DNA from: Octopus vulgaris
Taxonomy: Eukaryota
Length of the DNA stretch: 64,000 nt
Direction of reading: 5' to 3'
NCBI GenBank assembly: GCA_951406725.2
Contig: OX597819.1
Span: 97,402,001 to 97,466,000 of the forward strand
Of the stretch, positions 39,801 through 53,900 are shown in pieces (positions within the stretch are counted from its first letter, which is position 1; every line of letters starts with the position of its first letter). The notes beneath the pieces were generated by a model, which was given only the letters and a program-made list of their open reading frames with translations, had not been told where the DNA came from and did not search any database. Position numbers and translations under genes: made by a program.

Positions 39801-42800
39801 TTCCACTGGCACGAGTGCCAATCAGGCAGTACTGTCGTCAGTCACGTCAGCAATTTTGATTTTAATTTTGATTTCACTTGCGTCAATAGCTCTTCACAAG
39901 CAAGGTTTATTGTCCAATGAATGAGGGGTATTCATAAATGGGCTGGTTACACCCACTGGCAGAGGCTATGGGCAATGGTCTCACTTGGCTTGTCAGGTCT
40001 TCTCAAGTACAGCATATCCCAAATGTCCTGGTCACTGGTCATTGCCTCGGTAAGGCCCAATGTTCGAAGGTTGTGCTTCACCACCTCATCCCAGGTTTTC
40101 CTGGGTCTACCTTTTCCACAGGTTCCCTCAACTGCTAGGGTGTGACACTTTTTCACACAGCTATCCTCATTCACAACATATGACCATACTAGCAGAGTCA
40201 TTTGTCTTGCGCACTAAATATGATGCATCTTAAATACAGTTTTTTTAAATTGTTAGATGAGACTGAATGCAGATTAACACCAAACTATACCGTGTTTCTG
40301 CATGTTGTATTAGGTGCTAAAAGGACTGGTAATAGCAAGAACATCAGGTAGTAACATACTGCCTCAGAAAACTCATCTTTCTATGGAAAAGTGAACTTAA
40401 AGCATTGTTGATGAATCTGCTCTTGATTGTCTATTTTAAAGTATTCAGATTTAATGAAAAATCTAATTTTAAAAAATGAGATTTCTGTTGGCCTTTGGCA
40501 TTCTGATTACTCTGTCAAGTGTAATACTTATTTATTTACATTAAAAAAAAAATTAATCATGCATGATTTCATAGCTTTGAGGTAATGATGTGATAATATT
40601 TAGAATGACCAACTTGAACATAAAACAGGTAGAATATTTTTGCTGAATATGGCCAGTTTAAATGCCAGTGGGTTAATTTATGAGTATTTAAATTGAGCCA
40701 ATAAGAGAATTTGTTTGGTTGTTGACTTGCTGGAAATAGTAGCCAGATCTCACAAATCACACCAAAACTGTTTTTAAAAAGTAATCGGAAGTGTATATTG
40801 GACAAACTTTTCCAAGATATGCAAAAAAGAATATTGTTGACTGAAATTCCTTTGATTAAATTTCTACTCAAATGGAACTATTTCTGCAATTTGGAAAACA
40901 GTAAAAAAGGAAAAACAAACCTTTAATTTGTAGAAATAAGGTTTAGAGGTCATAATTTGGTGGCAATAATTACAAAGGAGCAGAGGTATTTTAGGAGTGC
41001 ACAAGGAAATATATACTGAAGAACTTTGTCTTCATTTTTTTTTTCACAACAAATTTTGGTGTAACTATTTGGTTGTAATGTTGAAGAAATGTAGGAAATT
41101 TGAATGATTGCCATAATTAGTTAAAGAAAATTGTTCATTATGTTAAATTCCATTATCTACTTCTCAAAATTATTGCAAGAGAAGTCTACTCCCAAAACAA
41201 GTTTTTTTGTAGTGACCTCTGATTTCATATACATTTTATTTTGATAATTGTGAAATTATCTTTTGTAAAGTGATTTACTTCGACTTGCCTCACTATTTTA
41301 TTGCTAAAGGGCATTCACTTCATGTTTATTTGAGGGATGTTCGATTAAGACCCAAAGATTCTTTAATTTTATTTATAGATTAAAAAGAAAAATTTAAATA
41401 GTTTAGCATCTGGGAGGTAGCTTCTCCGTAGGAAGTGAGTAGGTAGGACTTAATAGTTTGTATACAAAAAGTATAGTGGAGTCTATAGCAGTGGCAAGAC
41501 TTAAACGTACTGAAAGAAATGGAAATAAAGCCCATGAAGTATTAAGATGACTCACAAGATGTAGTTATAAGTTTCTGGTCCTGGAGATGGCTGTAATAAA
41601 ACCGTAGACATTAAAATAAAAGTAAATATGTGATCATAGTTCAGTGACCTATTATAAATATTTTTTCTCATCATGAAGATAGACTATATGAAGAATTTAT
41701 AAAAATGCATGATACTATTTGGTAGTGAGACTTCTGTAGATGATCTATGGGAACCGAAGAAGAATGGCTTAAGTATGATTTGTTGAAAGTTGTCAGGTGA
41801 TGTATGCAAGAAAAGATTACACTGATATGAACTTGGTTAAAAAGTGTCGCATGGTAGTAATGGACAGTAACCATAGAATAAAATGTGATTAAATCTGATC
41901 TCGAGATACTGGGTAACACACACAAAATAACGAAGCATTGGAAATATGAATTGTCCAGTTGATGGCAGATGTGGGAAAATAGTGTGTTAACCTTTTGAAT
42001 GATGATTGTAATGATCTTTGCTACCACCCTCAGTTTCAAAATGGTGTTTTGCTGAATAGTTTTGCTTCACCAACAGCCTGTCTCAGAGAAATTAAATATT
42101 GATCAATTTTTTTACATGTAGTGTTTATCTTCATTAAATATCTTTGACATCATCATTTAGTGTCCGTTTTCCATCCTGGCATGGGCTAGACAGTGTAACT
42201 AGAACTGGTAAGATGGAAAGCTGCACTAGGCTCCAATCTGTTTTGGCCTAGTTTCTACAACTAGATACCATTCCTAACACACCGGCATGGATGCCTTTTA
42301 CATATCACTGGCATGGGCACCTTTTATGTCTCACCAGCGTGGGTGCCTCACACATGTCACCAGCACAGGTACCTTTTACATATCAATAGCACTGGTCATG
42401 AGTGTAGTTTCACTTAACTTTATGTGTCTTCTCAAGCACAGCAAATTGCCAAAAGTCTCGGTCACTTGTCATTGTCTCCATTAGACTCAACATCTAAAGA
42501 TTTTATTTCACCGCTTTATTCCATGTCTTCCTGGGTCTACCTCTTCCATAGGTTCCCTCCACAATTAGAGATCTGCACTTATTTATGCATCTGTCTTTGT
42601 CCATATGCGCTGCATGGCCATATCAGTACAGTCTTCTCTCTTGCACACTACATCTCATGCCCTCCCTCTTATACCCAATTTTTCTCTTGTGACACACTCT
42701 GTTTTACATGCACACTGACATTGCACATTCAACAAAGCATACTAAGTTCATTTCTTTCAAGCCTTTGCATGTCCTCTGCAGCCACAGCTCATGTGTCACT

Positions 42801-45269
42801 GCCTTGTAGCATAGTTGTTTGCACACAAGCATCATACAATCTGCCTTTCACTCTGAGGGAGAGGCTCTTTGTTACCAACAAAGGTAGAAGCTCTCTGAAC
42901 TTCACCTAGCCTGTTCTTAATCTTGCAGCTCTAATTACAATACTTCCATGAGAAGTTGTTTTTTTTTATTGTAATGATACTGTCATTGTTTCTTTCTACT
43001 TTAGATTATAATGTGGCATAAAAACATAGTTTTGATTATTAGTTAGGTTGCACATCGGTTATATTTTCACCTGCAGAGTAAATAAACTAGTAGAACAAAA
43101 TGTCAACATACTTATCATATTTTGATTTTTTGCACCTGTATTGCTCTTTATTTTATTTTAGCTGTTATTTAGATTCTTGTCTTCAAACAATTTTTAATTG
43201 TTTTTTAAAACTTTCTTTTAAAATCTTTTTTTTAGTTCTGATAATGTAATGTATCCTAATAAACCAGAATGGGAAACTGCTCGGAAAGCATTGGAGGCTG
43301 TAAGTGGTTTAAAGTTAAAAACTGACACTGATAGCTGCAAAGATACTAGTCCGACAAAAGCTGCTGTCCTTTCAGCTCAACAAAGTCTTGGTCTGCCGGC
43401 CTCTGTCTTACCCTGTCAACCAATGCCTCCTCCTCCACCTCTTCAGAGTCCTCACCCAGCTGGTAATGTTGGCCACAACATGCAACAAATGCCACCACCA
43501 CCACCACCACCCCATCCCAACATGAACTTACCTGACCAGTCTAACAACAACAGCAGCAACAACTTCTACTACAACAACAACTATAATATGTATTCTCAGT
43601 ATCCTTATGGACAGTAAGTATTGTCCAGCAGATTACACATTTATTCTGCAATCTCATCAAGATATTATTATTATTGTCTATTAAACCTGTTTAGTTCTTA
43701 TTTCTTTGATATGTAGTTTATTACATTCCTCTTCGTCTTTACTAGGTATTACAATATGCCACAACAATATGGTAATGTACCACCCTATGGCCAGTATCAA
43801 CAGAATGTAAGTATTGAATTTCTATTGTTGTTATTATTGTTGTAGATTAGCTGAATTGTTAGTCATAGCCAAATACTGTGAGACATTTTGCCTTGCAGTA
43901 TTTGGCCAACTTTGTCATTTATTCTTCTTAGGTTGGTAAAATCGAGCAAGTATTGAAACCAATGCTTGTCAGACAAATAATTGCTTGTCCCTCCCTTAAA
44001 ATTCCTGGCCTTGTACTCCTGTTAAAAAAAAAATTATTATAGAATTCATGTAAGATGTACAAAATATACATTAAAGTAATTATTGTGTTCTTTGTCATTG
44101 ATCGATTGATTTGTTTGTAGATCATTGTTCAAATAATATATAATAATAATGCATAGATTTAAATGTGATTAACTTCTTCCTGCTCACAAATTACTCTGCC
44201 TTGGTGTTTCAGTTAATTTTGAAAATAGTTGAGAATTTTGAGGGATACAATGCATGTGTTATTATTGGTGTAATGATTCTTCCAAGACAACACAATTAAT
44301 AAAATAACTTATTTCATTATTAAGCTGTTTGGAACATAAATGATTCTTACATAAAATATTGTTAGGTTTTCATTTAGAAGTGTAGACTTTAAATCAAGTA
44401 AACTTTGTATCATAGAATCAGATGCTTTCTCAGATAGGATAGTAAACTTCAGAATTTACTGGTTCCAGAAAAACCTGGAATTGTATGCATTGCTTGTGTC
44501 AAGGAAAGGAGCATCTACTGATACCTGTAAACACCTTATTCTACTTCTATCCAACATTTCTAAAGTGGTGGGGATATTTGCTTATTCCTCTTCAGCAATT
44601 ATCACTCAGTACAGGTGTAGAAAAACCTCTTCTGTTACATAATATAGAAATTTGTTTCCAGTGTCAGGAAACTGATCAAGGTTACTACTTCCCAGTCACT
44701 CTGTGTATTGTATACACAATCCTTCTCTTTTATCCACCATCTTCCTCAATGCAGTTTGCCTCAATCAACTTCTCACCAACTCTCTTCTGTTTTATATTTC
44801 CCTTATACTAATCATTAACTCTGTATTACAAAATTCCTTTTGAAACACTGCTTTTGTTTCATTTAATTTTGAAAAAAAATGAAAAATTTAGTAACAATTT
44901 AATCTTTGTTAAGCTGATGTTTGAAATATAAATTAACATGAAATTTTTATGGAGGGTTTCAATTTAAATTACCTTAAAACAGCAGGTTTGTCTTATAGAA
45001 CCGGGATTGTCTCAGGAGGTTTGCATCAAAAGGGTTGTATATCATTTACCTTACTCTGCAGTCAACTATCTGGACATTGCTGTCTCTAAGCTAGTGTTCC
45101 TCATGGTTGAGTATGGATTACTTCAGCATGGAGTATAATAAGTAACAAGTGAATAAATTTGCAATAGAGTAATAATTAAAACTTCTTTTGAATATATATA
45201 TATATATATATAAATGGCGGTGCCCCAGCATGGCCACAGCTTGTGAGCTGAAACTAGATGAAATAAAAA

Positions 45270-45343
<74 letters not shown>

Positions 45344-47909
45344 GATTGGCCTAGTAGTTAGGGTGTTGCACATCAAATTACAAGATCATGGTTTCAGTAT
45401 CCCAAGTAGCTGTGTGTTGAGCTCTTGAGCAATACACTTCATTTCATGTTGTTCCAGTCCACTTGGCTGCAAATGGGTAATCCTCTGACAAACCAGTGTT
45501 CTGTTCAAGGGGGATGCTGGCCTGTCAGCAGAGTGGCATCATTCAAAAGCTACAACTATGTGAAGTAGTGCATTGTGATCAGCTGTGTGTTACAGCATCT
45601 GGTAGTCTGGTCAATATAATGACATTGTCTATGTTTATATGAGTGTGGATGCTGATATACCACATGCTTGTTATTACCTGCATAAAAAACTGCTATGTTA
45701 CATTCCATATAAAAAATACATCCTGTTGCTTGTGTGCTTTCAAAAACCAATGAAATAAAAAATCCTTTACTTGAAAACAGAAGGGTTGGCAATAGGAAGA
45801 ATATCTAGCTGTATGGTTATAAAACATGTTTCTGTCTAACCCATGCCAGCATAGAAAAAAAGACAAAGCAAATGATATATAGTAATAACAATAATAATCC
45901 TTAGCAGTAGCTGGCGTGATAATACAGGAGCTTTTATATGCATACTAGCAGAATTGCCCGGCGTTGCTCGGGGCTGAATTGCTTGAAAGTACTGTTAATG
46001 ATTGCACTGAATTATGATGATTATTCAGGCAAATATTGATATAAGCTTACGGTGGGAGATAAGGACTTAACGATCAAACGTGTGCCATTGCATTGTTTTG
46101 GAGGAACCAAATTTCTGATGAGCATTATAGGGGCACCAACTTTAAGTTTGAGAAAGTGTGGTGGTAGTCCGGGGTGCTCAAAGGAATTGAGTACCTCTAT
46201 TGGATAGTTGATGACGTCCTCTGGGTCAGGAGTTGTATCGATAGACTGATATACATAGACTTCCCCAGGAATGAGTTTTAGCATTTCATCATTAATATGG
46301 TGAACAGTTTTATTCCTCGGGGCCAGTATAGCCTTTTTGCCAATCCAATCCATATTCTGATAATTAGCTTGTAGATCTGGGAACACTGCATCTCTGAGAT
46401 CAGAAGGCGTCTTAACAATGGTACAAATGGAATCGATGGCAATATTACCATTTTCATCCCCTGGTATTTTGCCTTCGCCATATGAGCACGCATATTGGTG
46501 TGAAGTTTGAGAGTTACTTCCCTTTATTAAAAAAAATATGCATTAAAATGGAAAAAAATGATGGTAAATTATTTGTAAAATCATAGACTCATCGTAGACG
46601 CGCGCTAATACCCAGAAGGGCTCGATATGAATGACGACTATAAGATACCCGGTTTTGGTTAAACTGCATCGCAAAATGTGGGAGTAGTTAGGAATCTAAA
46701 TCGGAGTAGACAGACACACAACCTTTCTTTTATATATAAATATTTTCGTCCTAAAAAACTTTGTATGGATTGAATGGTTACCTCTATGGAAATATATACA
46801 TGCACATTATACATACATGTGTGTATAGATGAATATATAAATACATTTAAATATCTATATACACTTTTGGGCGATCTTTCTGTCTCTTAGAGATAACTTT
46901 AGATCTAATTTTCGTCCTAAAAAACTTTGTATGGAGTGAATGGTTACCTCTATGGAAATATATACACACACGTTATACATACATGTGTGCATAGATGAAT
47001 ATATAAATACATTTATATATCTATATACACTTTTGGGCGATCTTTGTGCTACTTAGAGATAACTTTAGATCTTATTTTCGTCCTAAAAAACTTTGTGCGG
47101 AGTGAATGGTTACGTGTATGGAAATATATACACACACATTATACATACATCTGTGTATAGATGAATATATAAATACATTTAAATATCTATATACACTTTT
47201 GGGCGATCTTTCTGCTACTTGTATATACTTTAGATCTTATATTCATCCTAAAAAACTTTGTATGAAGTGAAAGGTTACCTCTATGGAAATATATACACAC
47301 ACATTATACATACATCTGTGTATAGATGAATATATAAATACATTTAAATATCTATATACACTTTTGGGCGATTTTTCTGCTACTTGGATATAGGTCTTAT
47401 ATTCGTCCTAAAAAACTTTCCTGTCACGCACTCACGCACACACACACACACACACGCACCCTCACACACACACACTCACACACACACACACACACTCACA
47501 CACACGCACACACACACGTTAGCTTACAATTTTATTTATATATTTGCGTGTCTATGTGTGTAAAGAGGAAGTGGCAGAGTGAAAGAGTCACTCACTACAA
47601 AAAGTGAATTACTTTCACTTTATTCGTTGCACACTGTGTGTGTGCGTGTGCGTGTGGTGTAGGCCACACTAAGAGAAGCATTTGACTTAGACACCACAAT
47701 GTGAGTTTTCTCTAAATTTTGCTTAATTGGGGTTGAAATTTTAAAAACTGGACCTGGCACGACCCGATGCATTCTACTCTTAAAAATGCTAGGTAAATTG
47801 TAATTGAAGAAATCCTATATTGTAGATTTCTATAAGATACAAAGGGAGGCAAATAAAATCTGCCTTTTATAATAAGAGATTCAAAATGTTTCCCATAAAC
47901 GAACTTAAA

Positions 47910-47951
<42 letters not shown>

Positions 47952-50900
47952 CCGGTTACTGGTTCTTAATTTATAGAATCTTCTTCTAATGACTTAGTTA
48001 TAATAATAGGGTTCAGTATATCTTAAATACATTTTTCACTTGTTTCAACAGCATCCAGATAACAGACCACCTAACCAGGTACCTCCTCCACCTCCTCATA
48101 TGGTTCTCCAGCAGCCATTACCTCCTGGCACTGGAGACAACATAGATCAGCAGCAGCAACGGCAACACATGCAGCAGCCACCTCCACCACATATGCCAAC
48201 CTCACTTCATCTTCAACAGCCACACCTTCATCAACAACAGTCACAGCCACACCTTCAACAACAGCCACCACCTCAGCATTACCAGCCAGATCAACAGTCA
48301 CCACAACAGTCTTCTCAACAACAGCAGCAGCAACAACAGCAGTTGTCACCTGGCCACCAGTACCACAATACTGATTATCCTTCAAATATGCCAAGGTTTC
48401 AAATGGCCAAGAATAAACGTTAGTTGTAACATTTCTTGTTTTTATAAAATGGTATTTGTTTGAATAAATGGCAGAATTTAGAGAGGTTTGTGTTGTGGGC
48501 AAGGGTAAAGTAACAACATTGTCAAAGTATCAGTTGCTATGTGGCAGTGGAGACCTCCAGCATTCTTGGCCCCTGGACCATATCCCTGTTCACTGCTTTT
48601 GGGGTGGAGATGGTTATCCACAAGTGTGAGCCCTGGAAGTCTGGGTGTTCAAGCACATCCTCCAAGGCCACACTTTTTCCATTTAGTCTGCTGGGACCAT
48701 GGGGTGGTCTGAATTACAGGGAATTAAGAGAATGTAAGAATTTCGTAGCTTAGTCAAGCCAAGTGAAATTGTAGTTGTGGCCAATGCCAGTGTCACATAA
48801 CTGGCATCTGTGCTAGTGGCACATAAAAAGCACCCATTACACTCTTGGAGTGGTTGGTTTAGGAAGGGCATCCAGTCATAGAAACTATGCCAAATCAGAT
48901 TGGAACTTGGTGCAGCCTTCCAGTTTACTAGTTTCAGTCAAACCATCTAACCCATGCCAGCATGAAAAGCAGATGCTAAATGATGAAGACTACATGAATG
49001 ATAAAATTAAGAAAATACACTCCAATTTAAAGAAGGTGAGTGTATAAAACAACACCACCAGCAACTACCTCTGTTGGTGTAAAGTAAGAAGAAATAGCAA
49101 ATGCTTCAGGGATCTATAAAGGGCCTTAACAAATTATTAACCATTTCTTAACTATCATTACATAGCAACTTTCTTTGTTGCCTCATTTGTTTTTCCATTA
49201 TCCCATTCAGGTATTGTTAATGGGTTATTTTTGTAGTATTGCCAACAGTTTACACCTTTATCTAATATTAAATTAAAAAGAAACATGTCAATGTCTGCCT
49301 CAAGCCTTCATACCTGTACGATGGGGCTTAGTTAGTTTCTGTATTCAGGTTTTTATTATATAAAACCCAAGACCTCATAGTTGCAAAGCAAACTTTTTTA
49401 GTCCCTCAGCAATGCCTGAGTTCATGACTCTGTGCACCCACAGGCAAAACTCAGTGTAGCAAGAGACTGACTTGGCCACAATAAAAATATTATGTATATC
49501 TCTATCCATGTATAATTTTATACATGCATAGTTTATAATAATATTCTTATTCAATATTTTGAAAGTTTGAAGGGATCAGACAGTGTTTCTCTGCAAGTTG
49601 GCAGTTGAGACTATCGAATCTTTCAATCTTATCAATAACTACACTTCCGCCATCATAGAGGGGATATATTGAGCAGTGTAGTGGCAAGGACCTGTTACAC
49701 AGTGTGGTAGTAAGGGCCTGTTACATTGTGATAGCGAGGCACTGTTATATAGTGTGGTTGTTTGAACATGTGCCGGATTATTTAGTCATTTCAGCATTGA
49801 GCCATGTGCCACCTCTGACCTTCACATCTGTGTTTATATATTGACCTAGCATATCTAGAAACTTAATTATCCAATGTGTTCTTTTTGTTTTAAGGTGGTG
49901 GGATGTGATTTGAAGGATATTTGGCTGTATTTCTAGCTGGTTGAATGAGTATGAAGAGGCTCCTTCATTGGCTTGGATGTGATGTGTAACTTGTTAATAA
50001 AGGTATGATGTGGCGTGTAGTGTGGAAGTGAGGATCTGTGGTGGAGTCAGTGTGGAAGAGAGGGTTTGTGAGATGATGTACAGTTGTAGTGAGGGCTTGT
50101 TGGGTGGTAGTTGTAGTGAGGTTGTCTCTGGTGTAATGTAGACATATTTAGTAAGGGTGTTGTGTTGTATTGCAAAAATGTGTCTGTGATGGTGTGCTTT
50201 TTAGTGAGGACATGATGTTACATGTGATTATAACTATATAGTAAATTATATGATGAAAGCATTTCTCCTGATTACCACTGTAAAGGTCATGTAGAGTTGT
50301 GACACAGATTGATGTTGTTCTGGACAGGTGGAAAGAGTTGTTTTATAGAATGACACCGGAGATGTGGGTGGATAAGAGGGTAACAGTATTAAAATCAATT
50401 ATTATAAATGTAATGTTTTCCTTTTCTGTTTTTTTCTTGTAGTAAGGAACGCAAATGCTCTGGGCATTCGTTTTCAGATCTCTAAACGTCACAATGTACA
50501 GAATACCAATGCCATTTCAAGTTACCGAACAAAAATGTTCCCTCAACAGCAGCAACAATCACAGCAGAAAATGTGTTCTTCTCATCCTGGAAAGCAGCAG
50601 CAGCAACAGTCTAATTATCAATCAAGTCCTGAGAATAATCAAACAGAAGATAATTCCTCCAATGCTGAGTAAGTAATAGATTGTATTGTGAAACAGTCAT
50701 TGGAACTGTGTTTCTCACTGATTCATGTGCTTCAATAAGTTATACAGAAGGTTTTAGTAAAATTATGAGAGACTGATATAGTATTATATATAAGAAAATA
50801 GGTTCCCTCACATAAAAGATTACTGTTGTCAATAATAAATGGTTTGAAGGCAGTGAGCTGGCAGGATTGTTACCCTGCCAGGGTAACAATTTCCTGCCAG

Positions 50901-53900
50901 GAAAGATGGTTTGTGGCATTTCTTTGGACTTTACATTCTGAGTTTGACTGCCTCTGGGGTTGCCTTTGCCTTTCATACTTTTAGTGTTGGTAAATTAAGT
51001 ATCAGTTGGACATAGGTTGATGGAATCAACTTACCTCCTCCTCCAAAATTGCTGGTCCTGTGCCAAACTTTGAAACCAATAATAGGTGCTTTGGTTCTGG
51101 CTAGCAAGTTTTTTGAGTGAAGCCTGTATATGGTAGAATTGAAATACAAAATGATTATATCAATGTTTAATAATTTAGGCTTTATAGTAAAAGTATGTGA
51201 TGTGAAATATATTAAAGTAATTTATGCTATATTTTTTAATTAGGTAGTCACATGGGTGAATATTTCTGTTCCAAATATTTTGAAATACCTTCAAAGTGGG
51301 GTTTTGAAATGGAAGATTTTTTTTTGTTTTTGGATTTATGCTTTATTATTATGCAGGTTGACCTTATTTGCCTAATTTTATCACATTGATTGATCTTATT
51401 TTTTTTATTATTTTAGACCAAAATCTCCAGGTATCGAGAAGGGAGAATGGCCTCCTTCTTTAAAGTAAGTGATTGTATTTCATATAATGTTTCTATTTAT
51501 GAACTTAATACTGATTTTTAACTATATCTATAATAATAATTGCCAAAACGAATTTCTGTGTGTCAGTGTCACACTTTGATCCCCTCTCTCACTATTCAAT
51601 GACACTTCTATTATTCCTCTTGCTGGGGTGAGAGTAATATAGTAGGCATAGAGATGGTGACGACAGTAGTAGATTGACAGTTGTGATGGTAATGGGGTGA
51701 TAGTAATAGTATGAGCTGTAGTTGTGATAGAGGCAGAAGCAACGGTGATGATGATGGTAGTGGTAGCCAAGGTGGTCGGGGATGATGGTGATAGTGAGCA
51801 ATGTGAAAGACAGTGGTGATGGAGGGGAAGGAAGTGAAGTCAAAGGTATTGGTGGTGGCGCCAGAAGTTTGGTGTGTGGATGGCAGTTGTGGTGGTACTG
51901 GTGATAGTGATGGTTGGAAACAATCAAAAGAAAGAGAGAGAGAGAGAAAGAAAGAGGTTAAACAGAAAAAAAAAAGTGCTGACCCCCGAATGGGAAGACA
52001 AAAAATGTTGTTTATCATGCAGCTTTGCAATAAGTTCCAAGTCAACGAATTATATCATTGTTTTGATGAAAATTGTTCAATGCTTGAAAAATATTGGTCA
52101 AGTTTAATAAAATTTAATATGTACTCAATGCATGAAGTGTGATTGTTGGGCCAAGGCCCAATGAAGAGCCCTCCACAGGAGCTAGCTTAAAAACTACCCA
52201 ATGGGTTGGTTTTTAAGCTAGTATATATGTGCATGTATGTGAGAGAGAGGTGGGGATTACCATATGAAGTGAGTAAAGATGAAATTTGTTAACTTCAAAC
52301 GTTTCCTCTTATTTCACATTTAACCCTTTCGTTACCAAACCGCCCGAAAAAAATTTTGGTTAATGTGACCAAAGCTGCCCGAATTTACCTATTCATATTT
52401 AAATGAGAATATCAGAGCAAATCTCTTTAGTACATTCGTGAAAACACGTATTATACTTCGTAAACAGTTCAACTACAGTTTTGTACAATAATCGAAGTGT
52501 AATTTTAATTCCGTGAATTTTGGGAGATTTTTTTCCGAAATTTGTTCCTATTGTGTTTTCAAAATTTGTAATTCTGACAAAAAAGGGATACGAATTTCAT
52601 TATATCAAGCAGCGAGTCAGAATTCGAAGGATTTTCTACTGAAGACCTTCATAAATCTAACTCTATGACTGAAAAAAAAAAGCACGTGGTATTTGATAAT
52701 GAATCTGATGTTTCATTTTCCGAAAGTGAAAACAGTGAATCTGAGATCTCCGACAGCGATAAAGAAAATGAATTGGCACCTGAATGAAGTGAAAATTTAA
52801 AAACTGTTTCTTTCGGTGATTTTTCTGAAGAAACTGGACCAAGTCACAGACTTTCCCAGGAGAGTAAAGCCTTAGACTATTTCTTTTTACTTTTTTGAAT
52901 GAGCCTATTTGAAATCATTACGGCGGAAACGAACCGTTACGCTAAACGTAAACAAAACGAAAGAAACGATAGTTTGTGGTTTCCCACAACCTTAAATGAA
53001 ATTAAGACTATTTTGCCATAAATATTATTATGGGTATCAGAAAGTTACCCAGAATAACAAATTCTATCGTAAAATTTTCTTGTATGCTCAATTGAATATT
53101 AGCTAATAACCCATTTTCTATAGCGATGTTTGAACAAAATTTTAATAATTTTATATTTTGTTGAATTTACCTGTATCTACCTGCAATTAGAGTCACTTTG
53201 TGACAAAAATTATAGTATAGAATTGGTTGAGAACATTTCATTAAATTATCTTCCAAAAATCAGATTAATATATTGATAAATAAAAAAGTTATAGTTGTTT
53301 AATGAAACCAGACTAAATTTATGATTACGTTAGAAATTAATTGAAACACATAAGGGGTGTATTTTGGTCAGAAATATAGTAACGAAAGGGTTAAACAATT
53401 TGTCAGATCAGTTTTTATTTATTAATTTAGGTTTTGATGTTTTATGAATATTTAAGGCAGCAAGCTGGCAGAATTGTTAGTACATCAGGCAAAATGCTTA
53501 GTGGCATTTCTTCTGTCATTATATTCATCTTTTTGGGGTTGATAAAATAAGTACTAGTTAAGCACTGGGATCGATGCAGTTGCCCCCCCCCCCCCGTCCC
53601 TCCAAAATTGCTGACCTTGTGCCAAAACTTGAAACCAATATTTTATGAATATTCCATGAATCCAGTTGAAATGCATGCTAATCTCTACCTAAATGGCAAG
53701 AATACCATTCTTCATGTCATTTGGATAGAGATTAGTACTCCAATACATTCACACCAATATATATTTTCTAAGTAGCTGGATCTTCAACACTTCAGTTTTG
53801 ATAATTTATGCCTTTCTGTCTGAGCTTTGCATCCATATTTTATATATGATCAATTCCTGGAAACTTGCAAACCTCATGGATTTTATAAGGAAATGGTTGG

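Noticed and set aside
38865-39925. CRISPR-like array
   Set aside because: Units are contiguous near-identical 153-mers with no unique spacers, there are no cas genes, and the context is a eukaryotic LINE.
46021-46493. Host PIF1 helicase gene
   Set aside because: Short frameshifted fragment bounded by Helitron termini.
51528-52142. Cluster of overlapping ORFs in LENG8 intron 6
   Set aside because: Degenerate (GGT/GAT)n low-complexity sequence with no fitting splice phases or homology.
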